Notes: generated from the sequence alone by a model not told the origin. A stretch of DNA of 64,000 nt from a virus (IMGVR_UViG_3300021431_000010:20114-84113), one strand, 5' to 3'; counted from the first letter of the stretch, positions 1-9,550 are shown. Made by a program: numbers and translations.

Positions 1-1350
1 GCGACTATAAGGTTAGTTCCGAGTACCTATTACCTGTCAAATGCATCGTATTTACGAGTTACAAATGCAGATAATATGTATGAAAATACAGACGACACCG
101 ATTATGCTACTGTAACGAACTCTCAAAACGGTACGACATCATACTACATCTATATCAGAGGATTTAACTTCGATGATATTCCGGCAAATGCTACGATCAA
201 TAGCTGGACAGTTAAATTAAAAGCAAGAGAATCTGGTGTAAATACAAACTCATCGTATGCTCCGAAATTATGTCACGGAACTTCGCAGATAACTTCAACA
301 TGTTCTGCGATCACTACGACAGTCGCAGTAAGAGAATTTACTAATGTTGGCGAAGACTGGAATGATATTGTATCGTACGGTGATAACTTTGGTATAAGAA
401 TCAATTGTAGACGTGCGTCTAGAAATACAACAGGCTACGTTTATATTTATGGTGCCGAAATTGAAGTAGACTATACAATTCCAAATCCGGTTGTTATTAC
501 TTCAACACTTACTGGTGATGGAACTATAGATCCGAACGGAACTTATAATACTACAGAAGGAGTAGAGTACGAACTAACAATTACTCCAACTAATAAGTCA
601 GATCCAGTTACAGTTTTACACGATGGAGTAGACGTAACTAATCAATTAGTTGCTCATAGAACAGGCCAGTCTGCTAATTTTACAGCAAATGATAGTACGA
701 CTAGTGGAATCCAAAGTGGCTCATCATATGCTGAGTATTGTGTTGGATATTCTGCAGAAAATCCTAATACTAATGCTGAAGATAGGAATATGTATGCATC
801 GAGTAGTTCTACTGGATATGCATCATATAGCTTTGATTTCAGTTCAATTCCGAGTAATGCAGTTATAGAAGATATTCAGGTTAGATGTTACGGACATAGA
901 GAATCAAATACCATAAGTTCTACCTATGTTTCGCAATGTGTTCTGTATCAAGGTTCTACAGCTATAAGCGAAGAAGTTGATTTTCCTAGTACTAATAGCT
1001 CAATGATTACTGTAACTCCGACCGACATTCCTACAAGATCTGAGTTGGATAATGTGACTTTGAGGCATTATGTTGGTTACTACGGTGGATTAGTTGAAGG
1101 AATTACATTTGTCGTAACATATTCAACTGGAAGCGGTAATGTAGATCACTATACATACAGTTTTACAACAACTGGAGATGCTACAATCGCTGTTACTATT
1201 GGAGCTGTATCCGTTGATATTTTGTATTGGAAAAATAATGGAGCCTGGGTAGAAGTTACTAAAGGCTATAAGAAAGTAAATGGTGTGTGGGTTGAGCAGG
1301 AGATCACATCATTATTTAGTAATGCTCAAAATTACAGGAAAGGAACGTAA
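1..1350 (+). CDS. Tail fibre / receptor-binding-like structural protein (5' end outside window)
   Basis: Frame is open from base 1 (ATIRLVPSTYY...). S/T/N-rich beta protein with an internal repeat (FDDIPANATI / FSSIPSNAVI) and a C-terminal WKNNGAW..KVNGVW motif; lies upstream of lysis genes. Confidence 0.6.
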   Translation, partial: ATIRLVPSTYYLSNASYLRVTNADNMYENTDDTDYATVTNSQNGTTSYYIYIRGFNFDDIPANATINSWTVKLKARESGVNTNSSYAPKLCHGTSQITSTCSAITTTVAVREFTNVGEDWNDIVSYGDNFGIRINCRRASRNTTGYVYIYGAEIEVDYTIPNPVVITSTLTGDGTIDPNGTYNTTEGVEYELTITPTNKSDPVTVLHDGVDVTNQLVAHRTGQSANFTANDSTTSGIQSGSSYAEYCVGYSAENPNTNAEDRNMYASSSSTGYASYSFDFSSIPSNAVIEDIQVRCYGHRESNTISSTYVSQCVLYQGSTAISEEVDFPSTNSSMITVTPTDIPTRSELDNVTLRHYVGYYGGLVEGITFVVTYSTGSGNVDHYTYSFTTTGDATIAVTIGAVSVDILYWKNNGAWVEVTKGYKKVNGVWVEQEITSLFSNAQNYRKGT

Positions 1351-1352
1351 TT

Positions 1353-1922
1353 ATGGCTATAAATAAAGTTATATTCGGTGGTGATACACTGATCGACCTT
1401 ACGTCTGACACCGTTGACGCAGCTCATCTTTTATCTGGTTATAAGGCTCATGACCGTTCTGGTGCGGTAATTACTGGTACATGTGCGTTTGATTCAGATA
1501 CTTCTGATGCAACTGCTACTGCAGATGAGATTTTAGCAACCAAGACTGCTTATGTTGATGGTGAAAAGATCACAGGTACCATGGTTAATAATGGCGCCGT
1601 TACAGGAACAATTAGCACAAAAGCAGGACAGTATACGATTCCTATTGGCTTTCATGATGGATCTGGAAAGGTTGGAATTAGTTCAACTGAACAGAATAAG
1701 ATCATTGCCGGAAATATTAAATCCGGTGTACAGATCTTAGGCGTTACTGGTACTTATACAGGTGAAGCTATTTCAGCTCAAGCTAAATCTGCTACACCTA
1801 CAACATCACAGCAAGTCATTACACCGGATGCAAACTATGACTATTTATCTCAAGTTACTGTCGAAGCGATTCCTTACGTTGAGACAGCTAATACTTATGG
1901 CACTACCGTTACAATCGGTTAG
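1353..1922 (+). CDS. Tail fibre-associated protein
   Basis: MAINKVIFGGDTLIDLTSDTV start and ATADEILATKTAYVDGEKITGT repeat typical of Bacillota phage tail proteins. Confidence 0.6.
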   Translation: MAINKVIFGGDTLIDLTSDTVDAAHLLSGYKAHDRSGAVITGTCAFDSDTSDATATADEILATKTAYVDGEKITGTMVNNGAVTGTISTKAGQYTIPIGFHDGSGKVGISSTEQNKIIAGNIKSGVQILGVTGTYTGEAISAQAKSATPTTSQQVITPDANYDYLSQVTVEAIPYVETANTYGTTVTIG

Positions 1923-1950
1923 TGAAAATTCAAAATAGAGGAGGATTTAA

Positions 1951-2463
1951 ATGGCAAACAGCACGATTACAGGTAAGAGTTTTAGCGAAATGCTTAATGA
2001 AGCTACTTCATTAGATATGCGTGACAAATTCAAAGGCCTGATTTATGAATTTACAGATGACGTCCATGCAATGGCACAGATCGTTTACTTCTATGAAGAA
2101 GACGGAAACACATTCTTATTCAAAGACGCTGAGTTTAAGAAACCGGTTACTGATAACGAATTCTTAGCAATGTACTTAGATGAAGTAGTTCCTGTTACTT
2201 TAGGTAACGGCACATCGATGACGAGATATGAAGATCTGAAAACAGAAACTCTTCAATTTTTAGAGTATAAAGATGCCTCTTTAACTAAGAGATTCTATGA
2301 AGTCGGTAATCATTTCTCAGGTGAAGCATATCAGGATCTTATGGGCTTTGTTCCTGGAGATAGCAAATCTGATTCCGGCGACAGCGCAGTAGTAGGTACA
2401 GCTGTTGTAGGTACAGCTGTTGTTGCTCCAAGTGAATCATCCGATGATACTGAGGAACATTAA
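1951..2463 (+). CDS. Hypothetical virion-associated protein with AVVGT repeat
   Basis: RBS GAGGAGG; C-terminal AVVGTAVVGTAVV repeat. Confidence 0.5.
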   Translation: MANSTITGKSFSEMLNEATSLDMRDKFKGLIYEFTDDVHAMAQIVYFYEEDGNTFLFKDAEFKKPVTDNEFLAMYLDEVVPVTLGNGTSMTRYEDLKTETLQFLEYKDASLTKRFYEVGNHFSGEAYQDLMGFVPGDSKSDSGDSAVVGTAVVGTAVVAPSESSDDTEEH

Positions 2464-2522
2464 TGGCTTACACATGGACTACAGGTGAAACAATCACCGC
2501 TGAAAAACTTAATAATACTGGT
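2461..2522 (+). repeat. 62-bp exact direct repeat (second copy 4549-4610)
   Basis: taatggcttacacatggactacaggtgaaacaatcaccgctgaaaaacttaataatactggt occurs twice. Confidence 0.9.
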
Positions 2523-2807
2523 AATATATTTTTCGTAAATGATACTGTATCTGATGTTGATAACAGCCATACTTTAGATAAAACATTTAGAGAAATAGCA
2601 GATGCATTCAACACTATGGTTGTCGTTATATGCCTTGATGATAGTAATAATGGTACTAAGAATAAATTTCTTGTAAACATGATTATAGATACTGACATTC
2701 AAAGAGTAATTGGTGCCAAAGATGGATATAATGGCATGGCTTATGATTTTTCTGCAGCAGCAGATAATGAGTATCCTGTATTTAATCCAGATGGCGGTCT
2801 AGAGTAA
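2463..2807 (+). CDS. Small structural paralogue 1 (W-x-x-G-[ED]-x-IT-x-EKLN N-terminus)
   Basis: First 20 aa identical to 4551..4895; shares LDKT[FWY]xEI motif. Confidence 0.6.
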   Translation: MAYTWTTGETITAEKLNNTGNIFFVNDTVSDVDNSHTLDKTFREIADAFNTMVVVICLDDSNNGTKNKFLVNMIIDTDIQRVIGAKDGYNGMAYDFSAAADNEYPVFNPDGGLE

Positions 2808-2841
2808 ATAAAAATAATCTTAAAAGAAAGGAGTCGTTACT

Positions 2842-3261
2842 ATGAAATTTGATGTAACATCATTTTTATATTTTGGCATGGCTGTAACGCTTCTTATGGC
2901 TGGTAATACAGCTTCAGGAGTAATGAAAGCTCGTAAAGACGGCTCTTATAATAAACAAGAGCTGATTGATGGCATATGCAGTTACGCTCTTTGGTTGGTT
3001 TCAATTCTCTGTCTTATTGCAGCTTCACAGATATTTGGTGGAGAATTTGAAATCACGATCGGAGAAACAACTTATACATTAGCTCAGGCAGTAGACATCA
3101 CAAAACGTGGTGTCTATTTAGTTTGGGCAGCTAAGTTGATTCAGAATGTATATGAATATGCAGGAATTAAACGTCAAGTTGATCTTGATAAAATTGTCGA
3201 AAATGCCAATAAAATACCAACAGTACAGGAAGCCATTATCGATCTAGAAGGGCAGGGTTAA
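2842..3261 (+). CDS. Putative holin
   Basis: Two to three hydrophobic segments; immediately upstream of endolysin. Confidence 0.6.
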   Translation: MKFDVTSFLYFGMAVTLLMAGNTASGVMKARKDGSYNKQELIDGICSYALWLVSILCLIAASQIFGGEFEITIGETTYTLAQAVDITKRGVYLVWAAKLIQNVYEYAGIKRQVDLDKIVENANKIPTVQEAIIDLEGQG

Positions 3262-3265
3262 AGCT

Positions 3266-4186
3266 ATGGTAGATCTCACATTAGATAAGATCAAATACGG
3301 TGGAGAATACCATTACTACTTCTGGGATCCAGCATTTAATCCTGTAGCAACTATAGAAGATTGTTTACCGGATTGCACTACATTTGTCATTGGTGATTGT
3401 GGTGTTACAGGAACTCCTAGACCGGTTTCTAAAGTTGTTGGCGCTTCGCATTGGCATGAGCATTTAACAAATGACTGGAACTTAATTCCATTCGATCATT
3501 CCAAACTTAAGGTTGGCGATATAATTGAATGGACAGCAGTTCCGCATGTAGGTCGAGTTTTCAAAATAGTGGACGGAACTCCTTGGATTAGGGGTTCTTT
3601 TTATACTGGAGAGAACGGTGTATCTACTTTATCTGATGGATCATATGACACTAGGTCTCGTTTCACTTCTCTTCAGCAGGTATCTGAGTATTTTGAGAAG
3701 AATTATCCTTCAAGAATGTATCATGAATGGCCTTTAGATAAAATGAATAGGAAAGTTGGTGCACAACCTGCTTATATTTTGTCTATGCCAAATAAGATTC
3801 CATCAGTTGAGAGAAATGAAACTGTCGACCAGATCAGAACGACAGATACAAGTCTTAGAATTCGTACAAGTCCTTCATTATCTGGATCGATTGTAGGTCA
3901 TGTAGATACCGGATATTATAATGTCTACGCTATTGAGAATGCTTCTGAAGCAGATAAAAAGTATTACAAAGAACAAAGAGGCGAAGACATTAAATACTGG
4001 TACGAGATTTCTAAAGATAGATGGTGCTCTGATATCACTACAGACTTCCTTCCGAAGAAGACTGATACTGATATTTCAAGAGCATTACAAACAATTACAG
4101 ATGCTGTCACGAATTTAAAGAACGAACGCGATAGTTACAAAGAAGGCATGCAGCAGATTGCTGAAATTGTCAAGAAATTTATATAG
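3266..4186 (+). CDS. Endolysin, CHAP/NlpC-like Cys-His peptidase plus SH3b-like cell wall binding domain
   Basis: LPDCTTFV (Cys), GDIIEW..PHVGRV (His), LRIRTSPSLSG SH3-like motif; lysis context. Confidence 0.7.
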   Translation: MVDLTLDKIKYGGEYHYYFWDPAFNPVATIEDCLPDCTTFVIGDCGVTGTPRPVSKVVGASHWHEHLTNDWNLIPFDHSKLKVGDIIEWTAVPHVGRVFKIVDGTPWIRGSFYTGENGVSTLSDGSYDTRSRFTSLQQVSEYFEKNYPSRMYHEWPLDKMNRKVGAQPAYILSMPNKIPSVERNETVDQIRTTDTSLRIRTSPSLSGSIVGHVDTGYYNVYAIENASEADKKYYKEQRGEDIKYWYEISKDRWCSDITTDFLPKKTDTDISRALQTITDAVTNLKNERDSYKEGMQQIAEIVKKFI

Positions 4187-4204
4187 AAGGAAGAAGATTA
4201 AACC

Positions 4205-4531
4205 ATGGAAAATATTACATTAGGCAATATTAGCGATGCTGCAAAATTCATCATTGCCTTAGTAGGCTCCTTAGCTACGATTTACTACTCTGTGAAGAAA
4301 GCAGTAAACAAGGCTTTGGAGCCTTTAAACAAACGAATCGACGAAGTTGAAATGCAAGGAATTAAGAACTTCTTGGTTCAGGAATTATCTGAAATTAAAC
4401 GAACTGGCCAGCCTCTTGATGAGATCAGTAAGAAACGTTTCTTTGAAGAATACGATCTGTATATTGACAAGAAGCAGAACAGTTATATTAAACATGAAGT
4501 AAAAGACCTTCAAGATAAAGGTCTTCTTTGA
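4205..4531 (+). CDS. Membrane protein of lysis module (holin-like)
   Basis: Single N-terminal TM helix followed by coiled coil; next to endolysin. Confidence 0.5.
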   Translation: MENITLGNISDAAKFIIALVGSLATIYYSVKKAVNKALEPLNKRIDEVEMQGIKNFLVQELSEIKRTGQPLDEISKKRFFEEYDLYIDKKQNSYIKHEVKDLQDKGLL

Positions 4532-4550
4532 TTAATTTGGAGGAAAATTA

Positions 4551-4895
4551 ATGGCTTACACATGGACTACAGGTGAAACAATCACCGCTGAAAAACTTAA
4601 TAATACTGGTGGCGGAGTTCTTATTGTAAATGAAACTATGGACCAAAGCACACTTACAGGAGCTTTAGATAAAACGTGGAAAGAAATTCACGATGCATAT
4701 ATAAACGGTGCGAAAGTTTTATTACATTCCGCGGTTGGTGTTGGATCTGGAAGTGAAACCTACGGTAGTTTACTTAAAATCACTAATGCCGGCAGTAGTA
4801 CAAAACCATTTAGTGTTACTTTCACCAATCAGGAATATGCAACCGCGGCAGAAGACGGATATCCAGACAATGGTGGTAGTGGCGATATTCACTAA
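4551..4895 (+). CDS. Small structural paralogue 2
   Basis: MAYTWTTGETITAEKLNN, GGVLIVNE, LDKTWKEI. Confidence 0.6.
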   Translation: MAYTWTTGETITAEKLNNTGGGVLIVNETMDQSTLTGALDKTWKEIHDAYINGAKVLLHSAVGVGSGSETYGSLLKITNAGSSTKPFSVTFTNQEYATAAEDGYPDNGGSGDIH

Positions 4896-4913
4896 TTAAT
4901 AAAGGAGAATATT

Positions 4914-5285
4914 ATGTACACAAAACAAACTTGGAATGCAGGAGATGTAATCACCGAAGAAAAACTTAATCACATTGAGGATGGCATCTCCAATGCAGGT
5001 GGAGTTCTTATTGTAAATGAAAATTATAATGAAGATATCGGTTCTACCTTAGACAAAACATATAAAGAAATCCGCAATGCTTATGATAGTGGCACTATCG
5101 TAATGATACGTCGTGTTGAGTCCCAATGTTTTGTAACTGGGTTTGTTGCGTCAAAAAATGGTAATGGCTTTATCATCAATGCACACATAATTGGCAACAC
5201 TAATGTAATCAGTTATTCTACAAGCTTTGAGGATGGATATCCAGAACTCACTATTGCTGACGATGGCGGTGGCGGCGTTATGTAA
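4914..5285 (+). CDS. Small structural paralogue 3
   Basis: MYTKQTWNAGDVITEEKLNHIEDG, GGVLIVNE, LDKTYKEI. Confidence 0.6.
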   Translation: MYTKQTWNAGDVITEEKLNHIEDGISNAGGVLIVNENYNEDIGSTLDKTYKEIRNAYDSGTIVMIRRVESQCFVTGFVASKNGNGFIINAHIIGNTNVISYSTSFEDGYPELTIADDGGGGVM

Positions 5286-5301
5286 GAAAGGACACCTATA
5301 A

Positions 5302-6078
5302 ATGTACGAAAAGCAGACATGGAACACAGGTGATGTAATTACTGAAGAGAAACTTAATCATATTGAAGATGGTGTTTCTACAGGTGGTGGAATCTACTCT
5401 GTTGAGAATGTAACATATTTCGATGGGGAAGTGACGACAGCTGACGGCGGAGGGTTCAATGACGGAACTTTTACTACAACAAAACAACTGCCAGAAAGCG
5501 ATTTAAAAGTTATTTTTAACGGAAAAGAATACTTGTTGCCATATCATGATGATGGCATGATGGTTTTCTATGGCGAAGGTGGAGATGACGGCCCATCTTT
5601 TGAGAACTACCCATTAAATATCTCTCTAGATATAAATGGATATTCGCTCTTTACATCGGAAGCCGGAACGCATTCGTTGACGATTAAAGATGAAGATCTG
5701 CAAATAAACAGCGAGTTTAAAGAAAAGATTAATAGCGTAATTATCCCTGTTAATATAAGAAATGATGTAGTATTCAAGATCAACAATGACACGGCTGATT
5801 TTATAGAAGTTAGTGAAGATTTGAATGATGTTATCGCAAGTAATTGGGTATATGTTAATGATTTTGATTTGAATTTATTGCTTTGTGTAAAAGGAAAAAT
5901 TAAAACGGTATTACCTGCGGACGAAGCATCCGTTCCGAGTGGCAAACAATATTTGGCAAATGATTGCCAAGGCTTTTTGGTCTATTATGTAGTACCTCAG
6001 CTCGAAGCGGCACCGACTTTTAAACCAGCTGTCATTGTAAAAGAAGGAACTGCAACTTTTAAAAATAAATTAGATTAA
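5302..6078 (+). CDS. Structural paralogue 4 (same N-terminus, unrelated longer body)
   Basis: MYEKQTWNTGDVITEEKLNHIEDG. Confidence 0.6.
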   Translation: MYEKQTWNTGDVITEEKLNHIEDGVSTGGGIYSVENVTYFDGEVTTADGGGFNDGTFTTTKQLPESDLKVIFNGKEYLLPYHDDGMMVFYGEGGDDGPSFENYPLNISLDINGYSLFTSEAGTHSLTIKDEDLQINSEFKEKINSVIIPVNIRNDVVFKINNDTADFIEVSEDLNDVIASNWVYVNDFDLNLLLCVKGKIKTVLPADEASVPSGKQYLANDCQGFLVYYVVPQLEAAPTFKPAVIVKEGTATFKNKLD

Positions 6079-6114
6079 TTTAAAGCTCCTTCAACTTGAG
6101 GGAGCTGTCTTTTA

Positions 6115-6261
6115 TGGTGTGCTGGTATGTTGCGGCTATCCTTTCTTTGCGGGCAAGTTATTTCTTTTGATTCTTACCATATAGCATGAATGCTCATTTC
6201 TTGGCGTTTGGCACATTCATGTAATCTCCTTTCTATATGACTAAATCTTACCAGCACACCA
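6115..6261 (+). ncRNA. Candidate structured RNA A (13-bp closing stem, anti-SD loops)
   Basis: tggtgtgctggta (6115-6127) pairs with taccagcacacca (6249-6261); internal hairpin catgaatg/cattcatg; loops tcctttctttg and aatctcctttct. Confidence 0.45.
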
Positions 6262-6313
6262 CAAAGGACTTAGTTTCGCAAAGACTATAAAAATCAAAAT
6301 GGAGGAAAAATTA

Positions 6314-6685
6314 ATGGCTTACGAAAAACAGACTTGGAACACAGGCGACGTAATAACTGAAGAGAAACTGAACCATATGGAAGATGGGATTGCTTCGGGT
6401 GGTGTATTAATCCTTACTGAAGATGAAAATGGAACTTTAAATCATACATGGGAAGAAATTAGAAACGCTATCATGAGTGGAATGAGAGTTGGTATGGTAC
6501 GAAATGAAGAAGATTATGAAGGTGTGCAATATAGTTTTGATGCTGTGAATTTTGTATTTTCGTATAATGACACAAGTGTATATAAAGTCTCAATGAATTA
6601 TTTTGGTGAAGGTATTGATTACACCACAGATTCACCAACTGGCTATCCTAAACGAAAGAGTGGCGGCGGCGACGATGATGCCTAA
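6314..6685 (+). CDS. Small structural paralogue 5
   Basis: MAYEKQTWNTGDVITEEKLNHMEDG; RBS GGAGG before ATG 6314. Confidence 0.6.
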   Translation: MAYEKQTWNTGDVITEEKLNHMEDGIASGGVLILTEDENGTLNHTWEEIRNAIMSGMRVGMVRNEEDYEGVQYSFDAVNFVFSYNDTSVYKVSMNYFGEGIDYTTDSPTGYPKRKSGGGDDDA

Positions 6686-6709
6686 TAATTTATAAGAAAG
6701 GAGTCCTAA

Positions 6710-6823
6710 ATGAAACTCTCCGATAATACATATGACATTTTCAAGAATTGGGTCATCCCAATCTTAACGGGTGGTGCTACTCTCATTTTAACAGTAGGAG
6801 ATTCCAAATGTAGAATATGTTAA
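6710..6823 (+). pseudogene. Truncated Dp-1-type holin remnant
   Basis: RBS AGAAAGGAG; MKLSDNTYDIFKNWVIPILTGGATLILTVG resembles the Dp-1 holin N-terminus but stops at 37 aa. Confidence 0.45.
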
Positions 6824-6987
6824 TACTGACCCTCTTGGATAAAGTCAGAGGCTAAATTTAAGCTCTCTCAAAAGAGGGAGCTTATTTTCTTTTATCAAAT
6901 TTGTCGAAAAGTGTTTTAAAGCTCCTTCACTCAGCTGAGGGAGCTGTCTTTTATTTTTCCAGTTCTCTTATGAGGAGGAACTTAATT

Positions 6988-7239
6988 ATGAAAAATAAAG
7001 GAATGCCTAAAATAATTGAGAAAAGTAAGAGAATTAGAGTTTTAAAGAACATTAAAGAAGAGTTCTTAAAATACTGTCCAATTTATACAAATGATATCGG
7101 CATAATAGATTTTATTTGTAGTAATGCATATAGAATAAGAACTAAACGAATAAAAGCTTTAGAATCTTCTTATTCTCAATTAAAAATGGAATATGATAAA
7201 TATCGTAATAAAGTTGAATCAAATTTAAAAGGATCTTAA
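6988..7239 (+). CDS. Hypothetical protein in a promoter-terminator cassette
   Basis: Motif CTCTTATG-AGGAGG upstream; hairpin aaaggatc/ggtccttt plus T-tract downstream. Confidence 0.6.
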   Translation: MKNKGMPKIIEKSKRIRVLKNIKEEFLKYCPIYTNDIGIIDFICSNAYRIRTKRIKALESSYSQLKMEYDKYRNKVESNLKGS

Positions 7240-7261
7240 CAGGTCCTTTTATTTTTGCCGT

Positions 7262-7455
7262 GGTTCGTACATTGTTCATACAGTGATTCAATAAAATGCT
7301 TTATTTATTAGGGTTTTTATGATGCTAATTAATCCCGTACTGATCACCATTTAACTAATTATTATGCGAAAACATGCATAATTACTGATATTTTAAACGG
7401 GGTAGGATGTGGTTAAAAGCCATTAATCTTGCCCCGTTTGTACATTATTCATACA
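7262..7455. repeat. Putative integrase arm-type sites
   Basis: gtacattgttcataca (7267-7282) and gtacattattcataca (7440-7455) are direct repeats; ggttcgtacattgt (7262-7275) recurs inverted at 8549-8562. Confidence 0.55.
7331..7349 (+). other. Putative attP core (tRNA 3'-end-like sequence)
   Basis: AATCCCGTACTGATCACCA resembles a tRNA T-arm/acceptor/CCA end (compare Bacillota tRNA-Glu AATCCCGTACGGGTCACCA); just downstream of integrase. Confidence 0.55.
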
Positions 7456-8522
7456 CTCTTAATTTTGCAAATTTCAGAGTATAACCAGTCAAACGATCTT
7501 TCAGTATAGACTTTCTCAGTCAAATCCTTGATCTTGTGTCCGACGATCCGCTTAATTGCATACTCATTCAGTTGATATTTCTTAGCAGTAGTAACAAAGA
7601 ACTTCCTAGGGTCATGGCACTTATGCTCAGGATTCAGCTGATATTTCTCAATAATGTCCTTAAATGAGGTTCTGTAGCTTTCTATCCTTACTTTTTCGCT
7701 GTAAGAATCGCAAAACAGAAATCCAAAATTTTTCCCGGATGATTTTTTCAGAAAATGTTTTACAAATTCCAGAATACAAGGATGAATAGGTATTTGCCTG
7801 TTTCTTCCGGCATCAGATTTAGATCCTGTCACGATCTTGTTCTCATCAAGAAAGATATTCTCAGCTTTTAGATTAACTAATTCGCCAGGCCTCAAACCGG
7901 TATAGCACTGAATTAGGATCATCTGAACGTCCGGCTCGTCTGAATGACTCCATAAGACTGATATTTCCTCATCTTCGAATAAGATATGGTGAGTTCCTTC
8001 TTCGATCTTAGTGTTCGATCGGATTTCTCTCGCATAGTTCTTTTCAACTACCTCGTTTTCAATAGCATAGTCAAATACCAAATTCAGCAAAGTCTTCACG
8101 TCCTTAGGTCCTCTTACCAGATACGAGAATTTGTCCATCTGAGCACGTATAATTCTAGGCTTTATTTCACGCATAGGCATATCGTGCAGATCTGAGAGAT
8201 TCTTGAATGTTGATTTCAGCAGCCTTAGTCTTCCTTCAGATACTGTATCAGCTTTAAGTTTAATCCATTCCTTGAACAGTTCTGCGAATGTCGTATCCTG
8301 GCTTACATCATATGGATTTTTATGATGCTCCATCAGAGCGTAATAAGCTTCGTTGTACGTCTCGAAGTATCCTTGAGGCTTGAGTATCTTACAGATCGGT
8401 CTTCCTTTTGCTGATATTCCTACAGTGGTCATTACTCGATATGGTTTTCTCAGGTTTCCTCGGATCTTAGTAATCTGTCCGAAGCCGTTTGGCAGCTTCA
8501 TATGGCGTTTGGTTCTTGTCAT
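7449..8522 (-). CDS. int: Tyrosine recombinase / phage integrase
   Basis: KLPNGFGQITK N-terminus, YTGLRPGEL (R), HDPR (HxxR), VGH, VYT catalytic motifs. Confidence 0.92.
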   Translation of the reverse strand: MTRTKRHMKLPNGFGQITKIRGNLRKPYRVMTTVGISAKGRPICKILKPQGYFETYNEAYYALMEHHKNPYDVSQDTTFAELFKEWIKLKADTVSEGRLRLLKSTFKNLSDLHDMPMREIKPRIIRAQMDKFSYLVRGPKDVKTLLNLVFDYAIENEVVEKNYAREIRSNTKIEEGTHHILFEDEEISVLWSHSDEPDVQMILIQCYTGLRPGELVNLKAENIFLDENKIVTGSKSDAGRNRQIPIHPCILEFVKHFLKKSSGKNFGFLFCDSYSEKVRIESYRTSFKDIIEKYQLNPEHKCHDPRKFFVTTAKKYQLNEYAIKRIVGHKIKDLTEKVYTERSFDWLYSEICKIKSV

Positions 8523-8631
8523 GTAAATTTACTCTCCTTTCTCATATGACAATGTACGAACCGATTACATCATACCACATTGTAACCTTCGTGCGAATTA
8601 CAGAGTGTATTATGAAAGAGAGGAAATATTT

Positions 8632-8829
8632 ATGACAGTAAAAGAGCTTAAAGAAAAATTAGAATTACTTAATCCTTATATGGAAGTTTGTATTGATGGA
8701 CTAGCTGGCGACGGAGATGATTGGAGTTATGTAGAGGGTCCAATAACTCATGTTCACGAGCATTATAATGAAAGAACTGATACAACTGTGCTTTATATCG
8801 GATATAATTCTAATGAAGAGTCTAAATAA
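8632..8829 (+). CDS. Small hypothetical (MTVKEL family)
   Basis: RBS; similar N-terminus to 13897 and 20332 ORFs. Confidence 0.65.
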   Translation: MTVKELKEKLELLNPYMEVCIDGLAGDGDDWSYVEGPITHVHEHYNERTDTTVLYIGYNSNEESK

Positions 8830-8873
8830 GACTCTTTTATTTTTCTCTGACTCTTATGAGGAGGAAATTCAAA

Positions 8874-9257
8874 ATGAAAGTATATTGTGTTTTAAAAGAA
8901 GAATCTAATAGAGGAGAATATGAGGATCATGAGCATAATACATATTTGTTATGTGTTGCTGGATCATCGGAAAAAGCTAAAGAATACATAGCAAATTATG
9001 ACATTGAGAAATCTGGACTAGATCATGGTTATTTCGATAACATTAAAGTTTTAATCGATAATAATTATGAAAACAAAAGAAAAATTATATGCCACGAAGA
9101 TAAAGATGGCTATGTATTCGCACGATATTCTGATGAAGAAATAAATGAGAGTATTAAAACATTATTAAATAATGAGTACATGCTTGATGATTCAATTTTC
9201 TATGGATCTGATATTTGGGATGTAATATTATACATTGAAGAATTCGAACTTATATAA
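8874..9257 (+). CDS. Small hypothetical (MKVY family)
   Basis: Start moved to ATG after AGGAGG; paralogous to 9313 and 11773. Confidence 0.7.
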   Translation: MKVYCVLKEESNRGEYEDHEHNTYLLCVAGSSEKAKEYIANYDIEKSGLDHGYFDNIKVLIDNNYENKRKIICHEDKDGYVFARYSDEEINESIKTLLNNEYMLDDSIFYGSDIWDVILYIEEFELI

Positions 9258-9312
9258 AGAGCTTTAACAGGCTCTTTTATTTTTCTCTTACTTTTATGAG
9301 GAGGAAAAAGAT

Positions 9313-9489
9313 ATGAAAATTTATGTTGTAGTAGAAGACTATCCGTCTGATTATAGTGATGATTACGGTGCTTCGGATGCTATCATTGCGTTTAAAACAA
9401 AAGAAAAAGCAGAAGAATACATTGATCATATTAATAACAATGGGATAGTTAAACTATTGCATATTAATGAAGTACTTTTAGAGGATTAA
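9313..9489 (+). CDS. 58-aa hypothetical (MKIYVVVEDY...), not in ORF track
   Basis: Fills one cassette exactly, RBS GAGGAGG. Confidence 0.65.
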   Translation: MKIYVVVEDYPSDYSDDYGASDAIIAFKTKEKAEEYIDHINNNGIVKLLHINEVLLED

Positions 9490-9550
9490 AGAAAGAGTCT
9501 TAACTGACTCTTTTATTTTTCTGATCCTTTAATGAAGGAGGAAATGCAAA

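Noticed and set aside
2461-6685. Diversity-generating retroelement template/variable repeats
   Set aside because: No reverse transcriptase in the window. The repeats are at 5' ends and are exact or generally diverged, not adenine-specific.
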